Assembly: GCA_034439715.1 (NCBI GenBank)
Contig: JAWXAY010000041.1
Coordinates: 1-15,751, forward strand
Length of the DNA: 15,751 bases
DNA from: Pseudomonadota bacterium
GTDB taxonomy: Bacteria; Bdellovibrionota; Bdellovibrionia; Bdellovibrionales; SG-bin7
Direction: 5' to 3'
Shown: positions 7,987-14,332 of the stretch, piece after piece
How positions within the stretch are numbered: position 1 is the stretch's first letter
How the letters are laid out: every line of letters starts with the position of its first letter
Program-made: the position numbers and the translations under genes
The notes under the pieces: generated by a model
What the model was told of the DNA's origin: nothing
Seen by the model: only the letters and a program-made list of their open reading frames with translations
Databases searched by the model: none

Positions 7987-8316
7987 CTAAGTCGCATCGA
8001 AATCCGTTTACATCACCAAACGTTTATGCTGGAATTCTACTGATTAAAATTCAACACCCTAGGAGAAATACAGTGAGTCGTTATGTAGATGGTTTTGTTA
8101 TTCCAATAAAGAAGAAGAACATCAAAGCCTATAAAAAAATGGCGGCATGGGGCTGCAAAATATGGATGAAGTATGGAGCCCTCGATTATTACGAATGCAT
8201 GGGCGAAGATTTGAAAGTCAAATGGGGATGGACATTCCCTAAAATGTGCAAATTAAAATCTGATGAAACCGTGATTTTTGCCTATATCGTTTACAAATCT
8301 AAGTCGCATCGAAATC
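7987..8316 (+). repeat. Exact 18-bp direct repeat CTAAGTCGCATCGAAATC (7987-8004 and 8299-8316)
   Basis: Identical 18-mers: one upstream of the DUF1428 gene, one inside it. Confidence 0.9.
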
Positions 8317-8432
8317 AAGTCAATGCCAAAGTAATGAAGGATCCCCAAATGAATATGGAGGGAATTAAAATGCCTTTTGATATCAAAAGGTTTTCGATGG
8401 GCGGATTCAAGGTTCTTGTTCGCGCAAAATAA
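8073..8432 (+). CDS. DUF1428 (YbaA-like) family protein, 119 aa
   Basis: YVDGFVIP...AYKKMA...WMKYGALDYYEC.GEDL, ETVIFAYIVYKSKSHRNQVNAKVMKDP and MPFDIKRFSMGGF. Likely start is GTG 8073 with AGGAG at 8061-8065. Confidence 0.9.
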   Translation: MSRYVDGFVIPIKKKNIKAYKKMAAWGCKIWMKYGALDYYECMGEDLKVKWGWTFPKMCKLKSDETVIFAYIVYKSKSHRNQVNAKVMKDPQMNMEGIKMPFDIKRFSMGGFKVLVRAK

Positions 8433-8591
8433 GCCCTCATAAGCAGGAAGCTTAAGCTTTCCCAGTTTAAGAATCCAAAATGAGTATTTCTCAAAACTGG
8501 ATTCTCATTTTAAGATTTTTTTATTAAACCGAACCTACGCGTTTACCCAGAAAATATATGAGTGAGAGCCTAAAATATTGATGAAAATCTC

Positions 8592-8619
8592 TAAAGTAGA
8601 CACATCGTTTACCCGACAA
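8592..8619 (+). promoter_or_regulatory. Putative sigma-28-type promoter of the Cys-repeat cytochrome gene
   Basis: TAAA (8592-8595), 16-nt spacer, CCCGACAA (8612-8619). Same spacing as the element at 21-48; a G-run RBS follows before ATG 8645. Confidence 0.4.
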
Positions 8620-8644
8620 GATCTAAGTCCGGGGGGATTAAAGT

Positions 8645-10267
8645 ATGCCATTCATTAATATAAGCAGTTCTGGAAAATTTTATTATTCTTCGTTCGTAGT
8701 CCTAATTTTCGCATTGGTACTTTCGTACCAAAACTGCGGCGAAGGATTTCAGGCCGAAAAATCCGGGTCCACTAACCAGCTAAGTGGAAATCCTCCCCCA
8801 ATTGCTACAGGTCCTAAACCGAATGCCACAATCGACGAGTTTAGAGCCTGTTTGTCGGTGCCAGCCAACACCAATGATCCCGCTGGATTAGCTTCTTGTT
8901 TAAATGGTCGGGTCAATTCCGACCACTATGATGCAGCGGTTATTGGTGCTTGCGCCACTGATGGCAATACGAGCGAACTTTTATTGTCAGCATGTATGTC
9001 TAAACGCGGAAATTTGATCATCAACCACCGCCCGGCAACACAGCTCGACATCGATTCCTGCCGAACATTAGTCGGAGACCTTAATATAGCGACCTGCTTA
9101 GAAAAAAACGGTGTCAAAAACAATCTTTCTCAAACCGATATTGATATTTGTACCATTGCCGCAGGGCCAACTGGGGTTGAGAAGTGTCTGCGCGCCAAGG
9201 GACTAATTGCCAAGCGCGGCGTGCTTATGCAAAATCAAGCGAAGCTATGCCAGATTATCGAAGGTAATACTTCGAATTCAAAGTTGGCGTACTGCCTAGT
9301 CAACGGAGACTTATTAGCGCCTACCGTAGTTCAAGCGAATATAGATACGTGTATTGCCAACACTGGCTTTGATCGTGTCGTGCGCTGCTTACGCGTCAAT
9401 AATTTTGTCTCTAAAGCCGTGATGCAAGCCCACTTGAATTTCTGTAACTCCGCAGTCGGCTCTGCTGCTATCGCAACTTGTTTAGATAACAACGGCCTAC
9501 TTCCGGTCGTCGCAGCGGAGGTTCTAGGGCTACAAACGCAAATTAATACCTGCGTTACCAACGTAACTGTTGCAAGCTTGGCCAAATGTCTACGCGCCGC
9601 CGGAGTTCTTTCAACAGCAGTGTTACAGCCTCACGTTGCTTCGTGTTCTGAAGTCGCGCCACTCACTGGATTACTGGGCTGCCTAAGCGCAAACTTTAAC
9701 GCCTTACCAGCTACGCTCACTCAGGTCGAAATCGACGATTGCATATTGCGAAATAACGGCACGCTTGCCAACAATGTAAGATGTTTGGTTACCAAGCGAA
9801 TTCTTCCGGATGTTCCAACTCAGGCGAGTGTGAATGCTTGTAACCGATTTGTCGGGCCAACCGGACTTGCAAATTGCCACGATGCTAGTGGCTTGTTGCT
9901 GCCGGGTATCGTGCAACAAAACTTCGACACTTGCGTTACAAACGTAGGAATTACCAATGTCGAAGCCTGCCTCTACAATACCGGCGCCATCGGTTCTTAT
10001 AGCCGACTGATAGGTAATGTTGCGCCAGCAAATCTATTTACAGTTTCTTGCTCAGGCTGCCACAACGTTAATCTAATGCGGGGAATGATGAATATTTCCG
10101 TCTACGCGTCGGTATTAGCCAAAATTATACCAGGCAACCCCAACGCCAGCCTATTGTACCAACGCGTAACCAGCGCTAACAATCCAATGCCACCAGCTGG
10201 CCGTCTGCCAGCGGCAACGACAGAACGAATTCGTCTGTGGATTTTACAAGGCGCGCGCAATAACTAG
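8645..10267 (+). CDS. Lipoprotein with 12 Cys-pair repeats and a C-terminal planctomycete-type monoheme cytochrome c domain (540 aa)
   Basis: Lipobox-like YQNC (Cys31) and repeats Q-x5-C-x11-CL-x2-[NK]G over about 8825-9994. CSGCH at 10049-10063 is followed by IIPGNPNASLLYQRV...MPP...L...IRLWILQGA, the planctomycete cytochrome c signature. Confidence 0.85.
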   Translation: MPFINISSSGKFYYSSFVVLIFALVLSYQNCGEGFQAEKSGSTNQLSGNPPPIATGPKPNATIDEFRACLSVPANTNDPAGLASCLNGRVNSDHYDAAVIGACATDGNTSELLLSACMSKRGNLIINHRPATQLDIDSCRTLVGDLNIATCLEKNGVKNNLSQTDIDICTIAAGPTGVEKCLRAKGLIAKRGVLMQNQAKLCQIIEGNTSNSKLAYCLVNGDLLAPTVVQANIDTCIANTGFDRVVRCLRVNNFVSKAVMQAHLNFCNSAVGSAAIATCLDNNGLLPVVAAEVLGLQTQINTCVTNVTVASLAKCLRAAGVLSTAVLQPHVASCSEVAPLTGLLGCLSANFNALPATLTQVEIDDCILRNNGTLANNVRCLVTKRILPDVPTQASVNACNRFVGPTGLANCHDASGLLLPGIVQQNFDTCVTNVGITNVEACLYNTGAIGSYSRLIGNVAPANLFTVSCSGCHNVNLMRGMMNISVYASVLAKIIPGNPNASLLYQRVTSANNPMPPAGRLPAATTERIRLWILQGARNN

Positions 10268-10281
10268 TCCGTGGTTAGCGT

Positions 10282-11019
10282 CTAAAAACCAAGTCGCAAG
10301 TCTTGGAGTCGGTGTAGTCCAATAGACACAAGAGTATTGAGTTTTTTGTCAATGTCATCTTCTGTCCAACCCTGTGAATGAAAAATCGCATTGGCATCTC
10401 GTATTAACTCAGGATTGTCGGTGAAGTTCCTTAGCCATTCGTGAAACAGCAGAAAAGAAAGCTGCAGGCCAGAAAGCTTTGAAACGATTTCGGTGGAATA
10501 AGTAAAATCGGCACCTTTCACACTACGACTATGTTCGTTGGGTACGCGCATTTGCCAATCCTTCTGTGTGCGTAAAACTGTTTGAATGACAGAAGTTTGT
10601 GGACTCTGACCTAAACAGTTAGGAGGAATTCTCTGTCTCAAGCGCTCATCCTGTAAATCAACTACTCCGTAAGGTGCCTTTTTCCACATGTATCGTTGTC
10701 CAAATACGTTGGTCCATATGCCATCATAAAACTCTTTCAAGTCAAGATAGAGGATTTTGTATTTTTTTTCTTTAAACGCTGCCATTATTCTCAAAAAGTT
10801 TTTGTCATAGGCATCGCCAGGTCCAATCACTTTTTCAAAATCATGGGAGAATTGGACGTCGGCTGTTTTATTAATTAAATAATCGAGATTGTACCACCCG
10901 TTGAATGGGCTGACGTTGAGGTTCGCAGTACAATGAACTGTATCGCCTCCATTGCCCACCGCGCCGCCCGCGTCAGCGTTCAAGGGAAGTGTTAAAACAA
11001 ATAACAACAACCACCTCAT
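10282..11019 (-). CDS. Secreted hypothetical protein with N-terminal GGAVGNGGD motif (245 aa)
   Basis: Sec signal peptide ending ADA, followed directly by GGAVGNGGD. LLFHEWLR motif near the C-terminus. Confidence 0.82.
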   Translation of the reverse strand: MRWLLLFVLTLPLNADAGGAVGNGGDTVHCTANLNVSPFNGWYNLDYLINKTADVQFSHDFEKVIGPGDAYDKNFLRIMAAFKEKKYKILYLDLKEFYDGIWTNVFGQRYMWKKAPYGVVDLQDERLRQRIPPNCLGQSPQTSVIQTVLRTQKDWQMRVPNEHSRSVKGADFTYSTEIVSKLSGLQLSFLLFHEWLRNFTDNPELIRDANAIFHSQGWTEDDIDKKLNTLVSIGLHRLQDLRLGF

Positions 11020-11044
11020 ATCAGCTCGTTTCTAAGAATACTTT

Positions 11045-11201
11045 GGTAAGTCAGCATGTCGCTGTTGTAGCGATAGCAATCACCTAGAGTCAAGTGATTG
11101 CTGGGAGCAATACCACGAGTGCAAATTCGTGTAGGCTCTAAATGTTGACTACTTATTATTTTGTGCATTGCGCGAGAGCAAAATAATTTCTACCTTTTTT
11201 T
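11045..11201 (+). ncRNA. Candidate structured non-coding RNA (family not recognised)
   Basis: Multi-way junction closed by 11049-11057/11142-11150. Internal hairpins at 11058-11074, 11075-11102 and 11114-11131 (GCAA tetraloop), a possible pseudoknot, then hairpin 11155-11187 and a T7 tract. G-U pairs favour the + strand. Confidence 0.5.
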
Positions 11202-11215
11202 GATAGCTACTTTAT

Positions 11216-12682
11216 TTATTTTCGACTGAAGGCTTTAATCGCAGCGATCACGTGACCGGCCTCGACTAAATTTAGCCCAATGGGAAACAATACTGCTGCG
11301 ATTGTCGCCGTCGTCTGGGCACTAGTAACTTGAGTCATAGCTTTGTCCAAAGCTTGATTTGTTTCAACCGAAGAAAACAGTATGTTGAAACCTCTCCGGT
11401 ACTCAACAACAGAATCAATTAAGAAATAAGAATTAAGTGGAAGTCCAATCCCTGCCAAGCAAGAAAATTTAAGTAGCTGAAGAGTTGCCCTAAGTATCCT
11501 TCCCCAAGGCACAAGGCAAGCAGCTACTCCAGCTGTAACGACGCCAATCTCTATTGCTGATTTTTTAAATTCCTTATCTTGCCAAGCTTCATATGCGCGT
11601 TCGGAGTAAGTCTGAAACTCGCTGGGGTCAAGTCCCTGAGATCTCCAGATAGCTCGCGTGTAAATAAGCGCATATGTCATGCCACCATAGATTTCAGAGT
11701 TTTGATTTGAGTTTAGGTCTTTAACTGATCGCTCAAGACGCTCTCGTGCATTGGCTTCGATAGAAACCAATATTTCTGTCAACGGCAACAATTTAACTTC
11801 AGGAGAATCCACTAAGAGCAAGAGTGGATTTGTTTGAGCTAACTCGAGATATTCTTTTTTATGTTCGTCTCGAAAACCAACTATTCTTGCTTTTTGAATT
11901 TTTAGCAATAGACTTGAGGCGTATTTTCTAAGTCTATGGGTTTCCGACAGCGGGATATTCCCGTCTTGGGCCAAAATTAGTTTATTGCAAAATGACTGAG
12001 TATTCCCCACAGAAACAGCATGCGCTTTCGCCACCCACCTGGTGACTTCTAGAAACTTAGGCGCCAGTTTTAAACAGGTCTTAACTGAAAAATCAAAGTA
12101 AACTTTAAGTAAATCTTTAATTTCAATCTCAGATAAATCTCTAACAGCGGCTATATTTAATTTAGAGTTCAAAGGAAAATTTCGAATTTCATGTTCAAGA
12201 GCGGTCGGAAAAAGATAATCAACTTTTTTTCGCCGTCCATCGTTCAAGTAAGCTACATCTTGCATGGTTTCTGTTTTTATGGGATCCACAAAGTATTCCG
12301 GCGTTTTCATTAGAGAAAGATGTGCTCTCATGTCTGGCCAATCCTGCTCCAGGCGAGCATAAACCAGAAGGTTTAGAATTTCCTTGCAATTTACTTTTTC
12401 AGCGATGGATTCTCCGTAAAAATTAATAATTTCGCGTAAGAATAATGGCTCATCGTTGTTAGTGTTGTTACAGGAGCCTTCTCGAGAATCTAGTTTTTTC
12501 AATTCAAAACATGCACATTGGCGAAGGCCACGGATATGCGAATAATTGATTTGGTTTAATTTTACTATTGTCGTCTGTTGAACCTTTAGCCAATTCTCGT
12601 AGCTACTAGTCTCGCTCGCAGACGCAGTTAGCGTCTGCAGCAGAAAAAAGTGACCTAAGAGAATCCAAATAATCGGTCTCAT
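11216..12682 (-). CDS. Secreted/membrane hypothetical protein (488 aa)
   Basis: Long ORF with a signal peptide ending ASA, a helical-looking body with scattered Cys, and hydrophobic Gly/Ala-rich segments near the C-terminus. Confidence 0.82.
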   Translation of the reverse strand: MRPIIWILLGHFFLLQTLTASASETSSYENWLKVQQTTIVKLNQINYSHIRGLRQCACFELKKLDSREGSCNNTNNDEPLFLREIINFYGESIAEKVNCKEILNLLVYARLEQDWPDMRAHLSLMKTPEYFVDPIKTETMQDVAYLNDGRRKKVDYLFPTALEHEIRNFPLNSKLNIAAVRDLSEIEIKDLLKVYFDFSVKTCLKLAPKFLEVTRWVAKAHAVSVGNTQSFCNKLILAQDGNIPLSETHRLRKYASSLLLKIQKARIVGFRDEHKKEYLELAQTNPLLLLVDSPEVKLLPLTEILVSIEANARERLERSVKDLNSNQNSEIYGGMTYALIYTRAIWRSQGLDPSEFQTYSERAYEAWQDKEFKKSAIEIGVVTAGVAACLVPWGRILRATLQLLKFSCLAGIGLPLNSYFLIDSVVEYRRGFNILFSSVETNQALDKAMTQVTSAQTTATIAAVLFPIGLNLVEAGHVIAAIKAFSRK

Positions 12683-12697
12683 AGTATTTATTCAAAC

Positions 12698-13234
12698 TCA
12701 GTAGGGCATTTTCGACAGGGCCGTCAAAAGTTGTTCAATCACTTTAGCATCTAAATTCCTGTGTAGAGTAAACACGAGGTACGTGAAGTCTCGACCCTCA
12801 TTGGTGCCTGTAAAATTAGTGGTAAAATTAAAAAACTTGCTGGGGGACAATCCATGTCGTTTAGCTACTTTAGATGCAATGACTAAGGCCTTTTTAGCAG
12901 TTCTGGCCAATTGAGTTTCAATAGCCGCGTAGGTGTGTATGTTCTTAACATCATAAGCACGAAGGATGCTTCCGTGTGACCCCCCTATCAAAATTTCGAT
13001 TTCCTGCTTAGGATGGGCGGCCGCTAGAATAACCGGACGATCTAAATCTTCACTAACCAGAACAAAATTATCAAATTCACCAATTTTAGCCGAGATACCT
13101 TCTTTTTGAAGTGCAGACATTTCCATCCGGGCCGCTCTAACTTCCATTAATCCAACAACAAGTCTTTCGAAAGGATTCCTAGCGTTTGCCTGCAACGTAA
13201 ACAACAGTGTCGCATAAATTAAAAATCGTTTCAT
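12698..13234 (-). CDS. Secreted hypothetical protein (178 aa)
   Basis: AAGGAG RBS 5 nt before the ATG and a signal peptide ending ANA. A 15-nt gap to the next gene suggests an operon. Confidence 0.8.
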   Translation of the reverse strand: MKRFLIYATLLFTLQANARNPFERLVVGLMEVRAARMEMSALQKEGISAKIGEFDNFVLVSEDLDRPVILAAAHPKQEIEILIGGSHGSILRAYDVKNIHTYAAIETQLARTAKKALVIASKVAKRHGLSPSKFFNFTTNFTGTNEGRDFTYLVFTLHRNLDAKVIEQLLTALSKMPY

Positions 13235-13264
13235 TGTAACTCCTTGTTTTTTGTTTCAAAAGCG

Positions 13265-13293
13265 ATTGTATAATACAGTGCGTCAAATGGCAA
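13265..13293 (-). promoter_or_regulatory. Putative sigma-70 promoter for the leftward secreted-protein operon
   Basis: Minus strand: TTGCCA (13293-13288), 17-nt spacer, TACAAT (13270-13265), 30 nt upstream of ATG 13234. Confidence 0.65.
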
Positions 13294-13399
13294 TTTAAAT
13301 ATTATAAATTTAATAAACAATTAATTAATTTAAAATGAATTAACTTAGTTAAGTTATTAAAAAAAGTGAATATATTACATCGTCTAAAAAACTACCTAA

Positions 13400-14200
13400 T
13401 TAGACTTCAAAGCAGTCTATCGCCAGAGCGTAAAGGACCTCTTCTTTTGAGGCTTCCATAATTTCGTTAGCGTTTTTGGCAGTTTTGCTGAGTGAATTTT
13501 GGATTTGTTTTACTGCCTCGTACGATAAAGACATGACTGTTGAATAGTGAAAGTGATCAGGATTTTGTTCTTCGAGTTTTTGCAGAGCGCGTAGTCGCCA
13601 GTTTGCATGATGTTTATAAACTAAGGATGAATCTTTTCCTATATGTGTACTTTGCGTTCCCATATCAAATCGGTCATGGTCTCGAACTACCAACCCTGAT
13701 GCTAACAAGAATTCTAATATTTCAGCCAGTCTGTGTTCCGAAATTCCTAGTCGCAGAGAGAGCGATTTTGTTGTCTGATATTCCTTAATGGAGGTTGCAA
13801 TTTGCACGGCCGCGTATTGCCAAGAGCTGTAGAACTTCTCTCTATCTTCATCGGTAACCTGTGATTTGGCTTTGATTTGCTCTTTGAGATTCTTCTTTCG
13901 CTCCAGTACGTCGTCAATTAATTTGTTGAAGTAACTTTTCAAAGAATGTGTTCCCGCTCTTTTCTTTTGAATTAATAATAAAAAAAAATGTGATTCATCA
14001 TTTGTATGTTCTAAATATTTATTAGCGCGATCGCCTTGCTCCAGGCTGAGGTCGGCATCGGCGCGTAGAACTTGTGAGAGAAAAGACTCTTGGATTCCGC
14101 TGGCTTCGGCCATGGCTTTTTTAGCGCCATGACCTTTATATTTTAGAGCCCCGTTCAAATAAGACTTATAATCCAAATAATCGTAGATATAAATTTCCAT
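13400..14200 (-). CDS. TIGR02147-family protein (N-terminal HTH plus DUF4423-like C-terminus), putative transcription regulator
   Basis: YDYLDYKSYL start and HTH-like MAEASGIQESFLSQVLRADADLSLEQ. Also FYSSWQYAAVQI, a winged-helix-like LSLRLGISEHRLAEILEFLLASGLV, HHANWRLRAL, HYSTVMSLS and terminal LYALAIDCFEV; 266 aa. Confidence 0.85.
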   Translation of the reverse strand: MEIYIYDYLDYKSYLNGALKYKGHGAKKAMAEASGIQESFLSQVLRADADLSLEQGDRANKYLEHTNDESHFFLLLIQKKRAGTHSLKSYFNKLIDDVLERKKNLKEQIKAKSQVTDEDREKFYSSWQYAAVQIATSIKEYQTTKSLSLRLGISEHRLAEILEFLLASGLVVRDHDRFDMGTQSTHIGKDSSLVYKHHANWRLRALQKLEEQNPDHFHYSTVMSLSYEAVKQIQNSLSKTAKNANEIMEASKEEVLYALAIDCFEV

Positions 14201-14280
14201 GTTATTTCCATTATATATGAAATAAAATTAATTATTTAATAAATATTAGTTCAAAAATTTATAAAAATCATATGGTATTT

Positions 14281-14300
14281 ATATACGCAGTGCGGTATAT
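14281..14300. promoter_or_regulatory. Imperfect palindrome ATATACGCA-G-TGCGGTATAT (candidate operator)
   Basis: GC-rich inverted repeat within the very AT-rich divergent intergenic region. Its core CAGTGCG is shared with 13276-13282. Confidence 0.5.
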
Positions 14301-14332
14301 ATATTGCATTGATTCTACGAAAGGTTAAGAAC

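Noticed and set aside
7980..8072. N-terminal extension of the DUF1428 ORF
   Set aside because: The RBS and the family-typical N-terminus point to GTG 8073.
8825..9994. Multiheme cytochrome interpretation of the Cys repeats
   Set aside because: There is no CxxCH in the repeats and only one has CH (with C-x11-CH spacing); the single canonical heme motif is C-terminal.
11101..11140. TPP or SAM-I riboswitch, or a known small ribozyme
   Set aside because: Only fragments resemble them (CTGGGA..ATACC, GTGCAAATTC, CTAA). The core conserved elements and topology are missing, and no gene lies downstream on that strand.
13341..13356. Inverted repeat TAACTTA-GT-TAAGTTA
   Set aside because: It lies in very AT-rich, low-complexity DNA where such palindromes arise by chance, and no second copy was seen.
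14309..14332. TTG start for the last large ORF
   Set aside because: ATG 14333 has an RBS and gives a normal-length signal peptide.
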